Shown here: piece by piece, positions 40,282-50,024 of the stretch
How the letters are laid out: each line of letters starts with the position of its first letter
Numbering within the stretch: the first letter of the stretch is position 1
Source of the DNA: Terriglobia bacterium
Lineage (GTDB): Bacteria; Acidobacteriota; Terriglobia; Acidiferrales; UBA7541
DNA length: 64,000 nucleotides
Reading direction: 5' to 3'
Assembly: GCA_963695545.1 (NCBI GenBank)
Contig: OY968796.1
Coordinates: forward strand, 2,016,001-2,080,000
The notes under the pieces: model-generated
Database searches by the model: none
Told to the model about the DNA's origin: nothing
What the model saw: only the letters and a program-made list of their open reading frames with translations
Translations under genes and position numbers: made by a program

Positions 40282-40530
40282 CTTCCTGACTCCCTTCGAT
40301 CTGAGATGTTCCCACTTGACGGGATGTAACGCCTGTCGGTAGCAAGACCAAGCCCGCCTAAATGACGCCCCAAGCACGGCCCCGTTCACCAAACGGGATT
40401 ACAAAACCCCCCAATGCCGCGATACTCTAGATAAAAAGTGAAAGTTTGTCCAGCGGATACGGAGCCTTCGGAGTTCACGATGTGGGACGCGACGAAAGGC
40501 AGTCGCGCGGCGCGTGGGCGCGGGTGGCGG

Positions 40531-40986
40531 CTATTTCCCGGTCTTGCCGCCGGCGTTATTCGAGGCCGGAATTCGCTTGGACATCACGAGTTCCGCGCCC
40601 CCCGAGCGCCCTCGGCGCACCTCGAATTCGTCCATGAACGTGCGCATCAGGAAAATTCCGCGCCCGGAGGTTTTCAGCAGGTTTTCGTCGGTGAGCGGAT
40701 CGGGTACGCTTGAGAGATCGAAGCCGGTGCCCTGATCGAGAACGTGGATCACCAGCTTTTCGGGGCTGCGCACGAACGTCAAATGCACTTTTTTCGCGCG
40801 CTCGAGGCCGTTGCCGTAGTTGACCGCGTTGATCACGCCTTCGCGCACGGCCATGCTGATTTTGTAGCGCTCGCCGTCGTCGAAGCCGGCGGCCTCGGTG
40901 ATGCGCATGCAGATCTCTTCGGCCAGGGAAACGCTGTCGATTAACGATTCGAGCGTCACTTCGACGTGTTGAAGGTCCGAGGGCAT
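40531..40986 (-). CDS. RsbW-like anti-sigma factor/serine kinase
   Basis: EGVINAVNYGN, DQGTGFD and SGRGIFLM motifs. Confidence 0.9.
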   Translation of the reverse strand: MPSDLQHVEVTLESLIDSVSLAEEICMRITEAAGFDDGERYKISMAVREGVINAVNYGNGLERAKKVHLTFVRSPEKLVIHVLDQGTGFDLSSVPDPLTDENLLKTSGRGIFLMRTFMDEFEVRRGRSGGAELVMSKRIPASNNAGGKTGK

Positions 40987-41087
40987 GGGCGCCGCTCCGG
41001 GAGGCCGGGCGCGTATCCGTAGCACAGCCGAATGAGGCGAGTCAATACGGGAAGATACGGGTAAGATCGGCCAAGCCGGGACCAGCG

Positions 41088-41621
41088 CTACGGTTTGGGT
41101 TGCGCGGCCGGCTCTGGGCTCGCAGGTCCGGTGGGCGAAGCGGACGCGTCCTCCGGCTTTGGCCCGAATGCTTTGTGGATCGAGAAGAGCACCAGGGCCG
41201 CCAGCGCCCCGGCCGGCGCTGCCAGCCACGCCGCTTCGCGTTCGACGATCATCGGCGCGAGCACGAAAAATGACCAAACGCTCGGCATGTTGCCCGGCTG
41301 CCAGAGCATGGCGTCGCCCCAGCGCGCGAAGGCGTAGATTTCAAGCGGCGCCAGCACCGCTCCGGCCGCGGCCCACTGCCAGGCGCGGGCGAAGTGCGCG
41401 ACGATCGCCACGCGCCGCAGCAAAAATCCGCCGATGATCGAATCGAGGAAACCAAATATCAGGCTGAAGAAATATACGGTGAGCAGATTGCTCGCGCCGC
41501 TTGACCCGTGCAGCGGCGAATGGCCGCCGGTCGCGGCGTGGGCCCACACGGCGAGCGCCAGAAAAAAACAGCCGCAAATCCAAGAGGCCAAATAGTAGGC
41601 CAGACTTCCGCTGCGCGTCAT
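41088..41621 (-). CDS. hypothetical membrane protein
   Basis: About four hydrophobic helices; start overlaps the thyX stop. Confidence 0.6.
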   Translation of the reverse strand: MTRSGSLAYYLASWICGCFFLALAVWAHAATGGHSPLHGSSGASNLLTVYFFSLIFGFLDSIIGGFLLRRVAIVAHFARAWQWAAAGAVLAPLEIYAFARWGDAMLWQPGNMPSVWSFFVLAPMIVEREAAWLAAPAGALAALVLFSIHKAFGPKPEDASASPTGPASPEPAAQPKP

Positions 41622-43201
41622 ATGCGGCGCTGCGTGTTCGGAAAATCCACCCAGACTTTCACGCCGCAGAAGTGCGAGCCTTCCGTGCAGATCGGCGAAG
41701 CCACTCCCGCGCGCAGCGCGCACGGCGGACCGAGATGCCGCCCCAGCGCCGGCAGCGCCGCCTGCACCTGCGCGATTTCTTCCATCGAGGCTTGGTAAAT
41801 TTCTTCCTGCGCGTTGAAGCAGGTGCGCATGGTCCACTTGTGCAGCAAGTGCAGCAACGAGCCCGATTCGACCAGGCGAATCGAAGTGGCATTCGGCAGC
41901 AGGTAGAGCGCGTATTCCGCGGGAACTCCGCGCGCCATCAATTCATTCTTTGCCGTCCACGCATCGGCCATCGCGCGCTCGAAAATTTCGCGCGCGTGCG
42001 CATTCGCCGCAATCAGCATGGGCACGATGAAGTCGGGCTCATCCGCTCCGGCGAAGGCCAAAATCGGACGCGAGCCGGGCACCATGCGGTGGCGCTGATC
42101 CTGGCTATCGGCCGTGTGGCTAATTTTTTTCGCGAAAGTGAAATGCGCGTGTTGCAGCGCGCGCATCATCGGCGCGTGCACACCGACGTTGAGCGTCTCA
42201 AGGCGATATGGATTGCGCGCGGGATTCAGCAGGCGGTCGAGCGCTTCCGAGTCCGGGCAGTCCGATTCCGTGAGGCCCAGCACGGCGCGATACGCCGCGG
42301 CCACCACGTGCGGCGCTGACGGCGAATAATCCACGAGCTTCGAGGTGCGCCCCGCGAGATCGGCGTCAAATTCGCGCGCGAACGCGCCATCGCCCGCGCG
42401 AGCTGGCGCGATCGCGCTCCACTCGGGCGGCTCGTCCATCGGCTCGGTCTCAAAGCGATCGAAAAATTGCGGATCGACTTCGCGCACGCGCTCCACCATT
42501 TCGCCGATCACGCAGCGCGCCTCGGTCGGCGCGTCCGAAGCCGCGGCCATGCGCCACAGCCGATGCAGCACGATGCCCGAAAGCGTGTGCACCATCGTGG
42601 TGGCCGCAGCCACCGGCAGAACGTAGCGCGCCACTTCAATCGAACGTTTTTCGGCTTGCCGCTCGACTTTGTCAACGCGCTTCGGGTGCGAGATGGAGCT
42701 GAGGTGCCAGATGTCGCCAAGAATCGCGCGCGCGTCATCCACCAGCAACGCGCTCAGGTCGCGATAGCTTTGCCAGGCGCGTTCAACCGCGCGGCGATAA
42801 ATTTCTTCTTCCGCCGCGCCGAAGGCGGGCCCGGAAGCGGGAAGATAGGCCGACGCGTGGTCCAGGCGAACGTAGCGCTGGCTCTGCTGTTCGGAATTGT
42901 AGAAAGGATGCGCGTGCAGAAACGACCACACGAATTGCCGGCTGACGTTCTCCAGGCCAAATTCAAAGTGCGCGTGCTGATAGACGGTGTGATGACCGGC
43001 GAAAAAAGTGGCCGCGCCGATCATCACTCGCTGCTTGTCGGTGATTTCTTCTGCGCCGATCAGTCGCGGCGCGTAGCACGTGCGCGCGGCGGCGATGGCG
43101 GAATCGTAGGGATGTGCGAACCAGTTGCGCAGCGTCACGCGAGGTGTCGCCGCCTCGAACGTTACCGGTGCGACCGCTCGCCGCGTGGACTCGATGGCCA
43201 T
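41618..43201 (-). CDS. thyX: FAD-dependent thymidylate synthase with two tandem ThyX domains
   Basis: GHHTVYQH, SEQQSQRYV, EVARYVLP, QDQRHR and RTCFNAQEEI motifs. Confidence 0.85.
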   Translation of the reverse strand: MAIESTRRAVAPVTFEAATPRVTLRNWFAHPYDSAIAAARTCYAPRLIGAEEITDKQRVMIGAATFFAGHHTVYQHAHFEFGLENVSRQFVWSFLHAHPFYNSEQQSQRYVRLDHASAYLPASGPAFGAAEEEIYRRAVERAWQSYRDLSALLVDDARAILGDIWHLSSISHPKRVDKVERQAEKRSIEVARYVLPVAAATTMVHTLSGIVLHRLWRMAAASDAPTEARCVIGEMVERVREVDPQFFDRFETEPMDEPPEWSAIAPARAGDGAFAREFDADLAGRTSKLVDYSPSAPHVVAAAYRAVLGLTESDCPDSEALDRLLNPARNPYRLETLNVGVHAPMMRALQHAHFTFAKKISHTADSQDQRHRMVPGSRPILAFAGADEPDFIVPMLIAANAHAREIFERAMADAWTAKNELMARGVPAEYALYLLPNATSIRLVESGSLLHLLHKWTMRTCFNAQEEIYQASMEEIAQVQAALPALGRHLGPPCALRAGVASPICTEGSHFCGVKVWVDFPNTQRRI

Positions 43202-43291
43202 GGCCCGTTCGGCATTCTACACCGGGCAAGCTCGGGCGCGGGTCCTACTTACTTAGTGTCCGCCAAATTTTTTGCGCAGGGAACGACGCGC

Positions 43292-43537
43292 TTATTTTTT
43301 CTTGGCGTCGGCGGCGGCCTTCACGGCTTCCGCGGCCTTTGCGTATTTGCGGGTGAAGCGTTCGACGCGCCCGGCCGTATCCAGCAGCTTTTGCGTGCCG
43401 GTGAAAAACGGATGGCAGCTTGAGCAGATTTCGACTTTCAGCAAATCGCCCTTGATCGTCGAGCGCGTCTTGAATGTCGCGGCGCAGGCGCAGTGCACGG
43501 TCACTTCGTGGTAGTCGGGATGAATGCCGGGTTTCAT
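43292..43537 (-). CDS. rpmE: 50S ribosomal protein L31 (zinc-binding type)
   Basis: [12 protein letters not shown]...[10 protein letters not shown]. Confidence 0.97.
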   Translation of the reverse strand: MKPGIHPDYHEVTVHCACAATFKTRSTIKGDLLKVEICSSCHPFFTGTQKLLDTAGRVERFTRKYAKAAEAVKAAADAKKK

Positions 43538-43821
43538 GGGGAGTGCTCCTATGTGCGGGCCGGTCTGCACGGCGTCCGATTAGGTCGGCACAGCCGCGTC
43601 GCTAGGTCCGCTGACAATCGTTAAGCTTACGCGAAACTTGAGCGCTTGCCAATTAGATAGGTTCAGGACAGCTTTGGATTCTGTTTATGACTTCCTCGAG
43701 GCGCCAATTCACAACCGGGCCAAGACCGGCGTTCCACTCAAAGCTCAAAAACCATTCCGAGCGCGCCGAACGCGCCTTGAATCCGCTAAAATAAAGGTTT
43801 CGCGCGATTCTCAGGAGGATC

Positions 43822-44511
43822 GTGATGCCGCACGGCGCAGGCTCGTTCGCGCAAATTCGCGCGCTGGTGTTCGATCTCGATGGCACGCTGATCGATTCTA
43901 AGCTCGATCTGGCGCTCGCCGTGAACGCCACGCTGGCCGCGGCGGGGCGCGCGGAGCTGCCGCACGAGCGCGTTTTCAGCTACGTTGGGCAAGGGGCGAT
44001 GCGCTTGGTGGAAAGGGCCCTGGGCGATGGCGCGTCCGTGGAAGAAATCGAAGGCGCGCATGATTTTTTTCTTTCCTACTATCGCGCGCACATGCTGGAC
44101 AACACCGTGCTTTATCCCGGCGTGCGCGAGTGTCTCGAAGCGCTCGGGGATCGGCCCATGGCCGTGCTCACCAACAAGCCCTGGCGCTTCAGCCGAGAAA
44201 TTCTCGAAGGTCTGGGCATCGCGCGATACTTCAAGGAAATTTATGGCGGTAACAGTTTTGAAACGAAAAAGCCCGATCCCTTCGGCATGCTCGCGATTCT
44301 CGAAAAATTCGGAATCGCACCGAACCACGCGATGCTGGTGGGTGATTCCGACGTGGACGTGCAGACCGCCCGCAACTCCGGCTCGTGGGCCTGCGGCGTC
44401 AGCTACGGATTCGGCGCTGAGAGTTTGAAAGGTTGTCCGCCCGACATTCTGCTCGATAGCCTGGCCGAGCTGCCCGCATATCTCGATGATCCGGCCGAGC
44501 AGGGCGGTTAG
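43822..44511 (+). CDS. HAD-family phosphatase (phosphoglycolate phosphatase-like)
   Basis: FDLDGTLIDS, TNK, KPDP and VGDS motifs. Confidence 0.9.
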   Translation: MMPHGAGSFAQIRALVFDLDGTLIDSKLDLALAVNATLAAAGRAELPHERVFSYVGQGAMRLVERALGDGASVEEIEGAHDFFLSYYRAHMLDNTVLYPGVRECLEALGDRPMAVLTNKPWRFSREILEGLGIARYFKEIYGGNSFETKKPDPFGMLAILEKFGIAPNHAMLVGDSDVDVQTARNSGSWACGVSYGFGAESLKGCPPDILLDSLAELPAYLDDPAEQGG

Positions 44512-45455
44512 GGCGTGCCGGTCTGGCCCTGGGCCGCGAACCACTCCCACGTTCGGCGCAGTCCTTCCTCAAATCCGACCGTCGGCTCGTATCCGAGTTG
44601 CTGCCGCGCCAGCTCAATGTCCGCCTGCGAATCGCGAATGTCGCCCGCTCGCGGCGGCCCGTACTGCGCGCGCGCGGGTCGGTCCGAGATTTTTTCGAGC
44701 AGCTTCAGCGTCTGATTGAGTGTGTAGCGATTCCCCGTGCCCACGTTGAAGGCCAAGCCCGAGGCTGCCGAAGCTTCGCAGGCGCGGAGATTCGCCTGCA
44801 CGACATTCTCGACGTAGGTGAAATCGCGCGATTGTTCTCCATCGCCGTAGACGATCGCGGGCTTGCCGTCGCGCAGCGCCGCGCAAAACAGAGACAGCAC
44901 GCCGGAATACGGCGAGCCGGGGTCCTGCCTCGGTCCGAACACGTTGAAGTAGCGCAGCGACACCGTTTCAAGACCGTAGCTTCGCGTGAAAACCTGCGCG
45001 TAGAGTTCCGTCGTCAATTTCGAGGCGCCGTAAGGGGAGATCGGCGCCGTCACCATCGATTCGGATTTCGGCAACGTCGGCGATTCGCCGTACACGGCAG
45101 ACGAGCTCGCCAGAACCACGCGCGAAACTTGCGCATCGCGCGCGGCCACCAGCACATTCAGCGTGCCATCCACATTGATGCGATTGGTCTTGATCGGATC
45201 TTTCACGGAGCGCGGCACGGAAACGCGAGCCGCGAGATGAATCACGAAATTCGCTCCGCGGAATGCTTCGCGTGCCGACTCGAGGTCGGCGACGCTGCCT
45301 TTGCGCAATTCGACGGCGCCGCCGATTTTCGCCAGGTTTTCCTGATGACCCGAAGAGAAATCGTCGAACACCACGACGCTGTGGCCGCGCCGGATCAATT
45401 CCTGCACGGTATGCGAGCCGATGAAGCCTGCTCCGCCGGTCACTACATAACGCAT
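44508..45455 (-). CDS. NAD-dependent nucleotide-sugar epimerase/dehydratase (WbpP/GalE-like)
   Basis: TGGAGFIGSH, SPYGASK and RYFNVFGPRQ motifs. Confidence 0.93.
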   Translation of the reverse strand: MRYVVTGGAGFIGSHTVQELIRRGHSVVVFDDFSSGHQENLAKIGGAVELRKGSVADLESAREAFRGANFVIHLAARVSVPRSVKDPIKTNRINVDGTLNVLVAARDAQVSRVVLASSSAVYGESPTLPKSESMVTAPISPYGASKLTTELYAQVFTRSYGLETVSLRYFNVFGPRQDPGSPYSGVLSLFCAALRDGKPAIVYGDGEQSRDFTYVENVVQANLRACEASAASGLAFNVGTGNRYTLNQTLKLLEKISDRPARAQYGPPRAGDIRDSQADIELARQQLGYEPTVGFEEGLRRTWEWFAAQGQTGTP

Positions 45456-45665
45456 CGCGCAACTCCCGATTTACGCTGGTCCGAAATTTTTCCGGGCAAC
45501 GAGCGTTTCATCTCACGCACGTCGCGCCGCGAACACCTGAGAGGTCTCGTGCCGCGTTCTGGTACGCTTCACTATAGCGCGGCGAAAGCTCCGCGAGTCG
45601 CGCGCCACGCGGCGCGTTGCGAAAACATCAGGATCGCGCGGAGGATGATCGTTCGCCCCGACATC

Positions 45666-46481
45666 ATGCTCAGGAAATCCGTCAACGCGAACGCGGGATA
45701 CTTGCTGGCGCTGCTGCTGTTGTGGCCGGCGCAAATTCCCGCCGCACCACGGCAGACTCGCCCAAAGCAGATCAGCACGAAAACCAAAACCGCTGCCCAG
45801 CCGCCCGACGCGCCGGTTCCTTTTGCGGTCGGTGAGACGCTCCAGTACCAGGTTCTTTGGACGCAATATCACGTGCATGCCGCGACGCTCGCGTTCTCCG
45901 TTGTCGAGAAACGCGATTTTTTCGGTCGCGCGGCGTGGCACTTCCGCATTGTGGTGCACACCATCGATACCATGGGAACCGTTTATCCCCTCAACGACCA
46001 GTTCGATTCCTATTCGGATGCCGCGAAGCTTGTGAGTTTGCAGTACGAAATGTATTTGCGCGAAATGGGCACAGTGGAGAATACCGTCGATCACATGTCG
46101 GACGCTGGAACGCCCGCGCCGGCCGGCGTGCACGTCTCGCAGGTTCCACCGGGCACGCGCGACGCAGTCGGCTTTCTTTATGCGCTCCGCGCCAACGACT
46201 GGCAGCGCACGCCGGAGTTCGATGCGCCGGTCTTTGACGCGCACAATCTTTACGATGTTCACGCGCGACTCGAATCGGCGACCGATACCGTGCAGGTTCC
46301 GGCCGGGCAGCTTGCGGCGACGCGAATCGCCGTGAACGTCTTCGCGAACGGAAAGGCAAGGCAGGACATCAGCTTCCATGTGTGGCTCGGCCATGACGCC
46401 GCGCGCACGCCTCTTCTGATCGTGGCCGAAGTTCCGATTGGCAACGCGCGCGTCGAATTGTTGACTTTGCCGAAGCGCTGA
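45666..46481 (+). CDS. DUF3108-like exported protein
   Basis: Signal peptide, PFAVGETLQY, VQVPAG and WLGHDAARTP motifs. Confidence 0.7.
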   Translation: MLRKSVNANAGYLLALLLLWPAQIPAAPRQTRPKQISTKTKTAAQPPDAPVPFAVGETLQYQVLWTQYHVHAATLAFSVVEKRDFFGRAAWHFRIVVHTIDTMGTVYPLNDQFDSYSDAAKLVSLQYEMYLREMGTVENTVDHMSDAGTPAPAGVHVSQVPPGTRDAVGFLYALRANDWQRTPEFDAPVFDAHNLYDVHARLESATDTVQVPAGQLAATRIAVNVFANGKARQDISFHVWLGHDAARTPLLIVAEVPIGNARVELLTLPKR

Positions 46482-46536
46482 TCGGCGATGAGCACCGAGG
46501 TTTGCGACGAGTATGACTGCGGTGAAGTCCGGGATA

Positions 46537-46923
46537 TTACCGAGTGCGAGGCTTGCGATCAACTGCATCCGGCGAGGCCGCCGGCTCCGGCGGAAAACTG
46601 ATGTGCCAGAAGTCCGGCGCGGATTCGAGGAATTCGAGGCCGACCTGAATTTTTCCGGAGGACACCGGCCCGAGGTAAACCACGCGGCAGGCTTGTTCTT
46701 GCTGCGTTGTGCGGTTTACGATGCGCAGAGTCTGTCCTTCTTTCATGGTTGCCGCGAGCGCGAGCAACGCGCCGTGCGCGTTGAGAACCAGACTTGCGGT
46801 AGTTTCTTCGACTTCCTTGCCGTCCGGGCCCTTCCACTTCACGGTGACCGGGATGCTCATGACCACGCGCTGACTTCTGCGGCGGGCAGCGGCGGGATCG
46901 TGTGAGAAGCTTGGTTTTTTCAT
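46537..46923 (-). CDS. PilZ-domain protein
   Basis: RRSQR motif, variant NAHG second motif, VGLEF C-terminal strand. Confidence 0.8.
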   Translation of the reverse strand: MKKPSFSHDPAAARRRSQRVVMSIPVTVKWKGPDGKEVEETTASLVLNAHGALLALAATMKEGQTLRIVNRTTQQEQACRVVYLGPVSSGKIQVGLEFLESAPDFWHISFPPEPAASPDAVDRKPRTR

Positions 46924-47038
46924 CGGAACACCGTAAGTTACCGTAAAGCGTCCGCGTCGATGCGGCAAGCGGTCACAGCAAGAATTCTCTCAATCAGTAA
47001 CCCTTTGCGACTGTTGCTCACTTGCAGCGCGCGGCGTT

Positions 47039-48388
47039 TCAGCACAGTACAATTTTTTGGCGGTGGCGCGTCACGCGGCGCGTGGCATTGCGCGCGTCCA
47101 CGACCAACTGCGCCGACTCGACGATCCCACTGTAGTCGTACACCGAGTGGTCCGTGGCGATGAGCACGCAGTCGTAGCTGGCGAGCACGCCTGCGTCGAG
47201 CTTCACCGAGCGTTTTCCTGTGTAATCGTAGTGCCGCATCTTGTGCAGCTCGGGGAAATACGGGTCGTTGTAATCGGTCTTCGCGCCCCGCCCTCCAAGC
47301 AACTCCATGATTTTCAGCGAGGGGGATTCCCGCAGATCGTCGACGTCTTTTTTATACGCGACTCCCAGCACCAGGATGCGCGCGCCCTTCAGCGTCTTGC
47401 CGCGGTCCTTCAGCGCCGCAGCCATGGCGTCCACCACGTGATCCGGCATCGCCGTGTTGATCTCACCAGCCAGCTCGATGAAGCGCGTCGAAAAATCGTA
47501 TTCCCGCGCTTTCCACGCGAGGTAGAACGGATCGACCGGAATGCAATGCCCGCCGAGCCCAGGTCCGGGAAAAAACGGCATAAATCCGAATGGCTTGGTG
47601 GCCGCCGCGTCAATCACTTCCCAGACGTCCATGCCCATTTTCTGGCACAGCAACTTCAGTTCGTTCACCAGCGCGATATTCACGCAGCGGAAAATATTTT
47701 CGAGCAGCTTGGTCATCTCGGCGGCCCGCGTCGAACTCACCGCCACCACGCGAGTGACGATTTGTCCGTAGAGCGCCTGCGCCGCGCGGCTGCTCGCGGC
47801 GTTGACGCCGCCCACTACTTTCGGAATTTGCGCCAAACCGAAATTTTTGTTGCCGGGATCTTCCCGTTCGGGCGAATACGCCAGAAAGAAGTCCGGACCT
47901 TTTCCCCCGTCCTCGGCGTCCGGCGGACACCGCAGGCCGGTCTCGGTCAGAATCGGCAGCACAAGTTCTTCGGTGGTTCCAGGGTAGGTCGTCGATTCCA
48001 GCACCACCAGCTGGCCGCGCGTCAGGGTCGCCGCGATGGCTCGCGTCGTCTGCTCAACGTATTGCAGGTCCGGCTCGCGCCGCTCGTCGAGGGGAGTCGG
48101 CACGCAGATCATGATCGCGTCCATCCGGGCGAGTTCGCCAAAATCCGACGTGGCCCCGAAATGCCGCGACCTCACGTACTGCTGAATTTTCACCGTGGGC
48201 ACGTGGCCGATGTAGCTGTGTCCGCGATTGAGCGCGTCGACTTTTTTCTGATCCAAATCGAAACCGGTCACGCGATGGCCCACTTCGGCGAATCGCAGCC
48301 CGAGTGGCAGACCGACGTAGCCGCAACCGACCACGCCGACGCGCAGCTGCGCCCCTTTGAAAAATTCCGGCTTGCGGTCTACGGCCAT
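47039..48388 (-). CDS. UDP-N-acetylhexosamine 6-dehydrogenase (WbpA/WbpO-like)
   Basis: GCGYVGLP, LESTTYPGTT, GGHCIPVDP and YKKDVDDLRESP motifs. Confidence 0.94.
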   Translation of the reverse strand: MAVDRKPEFFKGAQLRVGVVGCGYVGLPLGLRFAEVGHRVTGFDLDQKKVDALNRGHSYIGHVPTVKIQQYVRSRHFGATSDFGELARMDAIMICVPTPLDERREPDLQYVEQTTRAIAATLTRGQLVVLESTTYPGTTEELVLPILTETGLRCPPDAEDGGKGPDFFLAYSPEREDPGNKNFGLAQIPKVVGGVNAASSRAAQALYGQIVTRVVAVSSTRAAEMTKLLENIFRCVNIALVNELKLLCQKMGMDVWEVIDAAATKPFGFMPFFPGPGLGGHCIPVDPFYLAWKAREYDFSTRFIELAGEINTAMPDHVVDAMAAALKDRGKTLKGARILVLGVAYKKDVDDLRESPSLKIMELLGGRGAKTDYNDPYFPELHKMRHYDYTGKRSVKLDAGVLASYDCVLIATDHSVYDYSGIVESAQLVVDARNATRRVTRHRQKIVLC

Positions 48389-48517
48389 GGCAGAGTTTTA
48401 TCTTTCATCCGGCGGACTCGTGACTATAGCAATTTCCATCGTGCGTCCAAAGCGGGTGCGGGCCCATCGCCTCGCGCCATCTATCAGGGCTGGGACAATA
48501 AGCTAGCGGTGCCGGGA

Positions 48518-49195
48518 TCAGGGCGTCCCGCTGTGCTTCTGGAAGCACAGCAGTATCAAATCGGCCCGGCGCCGCACACCGAACTTGCTGAGAAGATTGG
48601 ATACGTGGAATTTAACCGTGCGCTCGGAAATATTCAAATGGTTCGCGATTTCTTTGTTGGCCTGGTTTTCGAGCAGGGCGTCCAGCACTTCCTGTTCGCG
48701 ACGACTCAGATCGCTGTAGCCTTCCGCCTTGATGCGCCGGCTCGCGGCCCCGCTCAGAACCGATTCCACAAAGCCGGCCAGCACCGCGCGCGGCACCCAA
48801 TAGCCTCCGAATTGCGCTTGCGATACGGCATGCGCCAATTGGTCTCGAGCTTCGGAGTAAGTCAACAGGCCCTTGGCTCCCAGGCGCAGCAGCGAGTGGC
48901 CTTCCTGCGCGCTGAATTTTTCGGCCACGACGAGGACGCGCGCGGTCGGGTATTTTTCAAGAATGTTCGCGAGCAGTGCGCCCGTCGCGGGGCGCGCCAT
49001 GTTGGCGTCCACGACGTACACGAGAGCCCGCGGCATGGTCAGCTTCCTGAGATCGGGTCCGAGCGTGGATTCGAGCGTTCGGGAGATCAGGCGGAATTCC
49101 GGACCGGCGAGCACTCGCTCAAATTCCGAGAGCACCAGCGGGTGCGATGAGAGCAAGCACACCGGCACCGTTCGCACGCGAGGTGATTGGGCCAC
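48518..49195 (-). CDS. LuxR/NarL-family regulator with atypical receiver (start uncertain)
   Basis: LSRREQEVL...NKEIA..LNISERTVKFHVSNLLSK HTH. Confidence 0.9.
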   Translation of the reverse strand: MAQSPRVRTVPVCLLSSHPLVLSEFERVLAGPEFRLISRTLESTLGPDLRKLTMPRALVYVVDANMARPATGALLANILEKYPTARVLVVAEKFSAQEGHSLLRLGAKGLLTYSEARDQLAHAVSQAQFGGYWVPRAVLAGFVESVLSGAASRRIKAEGYSDLSRREQEVLDALLENQANKEIANHLNISERTVKFHVSNLLSKFGVRRRADLILLCFQKHSGTP

Positions 49196-49361
49196 GTTTT
49201 CGAGGGTATACGAATCGCTGGGGACGGGCAAGGAAACCCCGACGAGCGTAGTGACAATCAGGTAACGCGGTTGCGCGCGCGATTTAGCCCCTGTTGTCCG
49301 TTGGGACAATGGGATTCTCGGCGCCCCGCATCCTCTCGCGGCTTTCCGGCAAAATCTCAGG

Positions 49362-49682
49362 ATGACCTCAGTCTCTCGACCGCGACGCTACCCGCGCCTG
49401 GGCCTGCCGAAGGGCATGCTTGTCGCCTGGCAGTGCGGCGGTCAAAGAACGGTTTCTCGCGTCGCCACGCTCGCGCTAGGGGGAATTTTCATCACTACCA
49501 AGAATCCTGCGTCGGTCGGAGAAGTCTTGAGGCTGATTTTCGACGTACCGGCAGGCGAGGTTCGTGCTCGCGCCGTGGTGCGGGATTCGCAGCCGGGCCG
49601 GGGCATGGGAGTTGAGTTTACTGCGATGTCCTCAGAAGCGCGGGCGCGCCTGGATCGCGTGCTGCGCCGCCTATTGAAATAA
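49362..49682 (+). CDS. PilZ-domain protein
   Basis: RRYPR motif, TLALGGIF, GMGVEF. Confidence 0.82.
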   Translation: MTSVSRPRRYPRLGLPKGMLVAWQCGGQRTVSRVATLALGGIFITTKNPASVGEVLRLIFDVPAGEVRARAVVRDSQPGRGMGVEFTAMSSEARARLDRVLRRLLK

Positions 49683-49929
49683 ACGGTTCATTCTGCTGTC
49701 CCCGATCGATGACAGCCATGGCAGCCACGAGTTGACCGCCAGATGTCCGCCCACGGTCGATCAGGCTACATGGCTGCTCATAAGCGGAAATCGATTTCCT
49801 ACGATTCCCGCCGCGCTGCATGCTGCGCAACACGCCCAGCACGGGAGTCTCTATGTCTTTTTCATTAAGTCGTTTACGGAGGGTTTGCGCGCGCGGGAAT
49901 ATCCACAGCCGGAAGGCGCCGCGCCGCCG

Positions 49930-49946
49930 CTGGCTATAAAAGTGCA
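49930..49946 (+). promoter_or_regulatory. candidate sigma54 (-24/-12) promoter
   Basis: CTGGCTATAAAAGTGCA, GG-N10-GC spacing, about 80 bp before ATG 50025. Confidence 0.55.
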
Positions 49947-50024
49947 CTATCAATTAACGCACAGGGGAAGTTGGCCTCCACACCTAAAGGGCAAATGCTG
50001 GGGAAACGGTAGCTCGGCACACAT

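Noticed and set aside
40295..40400. CTGAGATGTTC resemblance to the 5' end of 6S RNA
   Set aside because: Only 11 nt match, no closing complementary arm was found, and the region is better explained as the csp 5' leader on the other strand.
43560..43578. CCGGTCTGCACGGCG as another copy of the 26-bp mini-element
   Set aside because: Only a short partial match without the hairpin, which is expected by chance at this GC content.
44598..45665. N-terminal extension making the DUF3108-like ORF 627 aa
   Set aside because: It is antisense to the epimerase; a signal peptide begins at ATG 45666.
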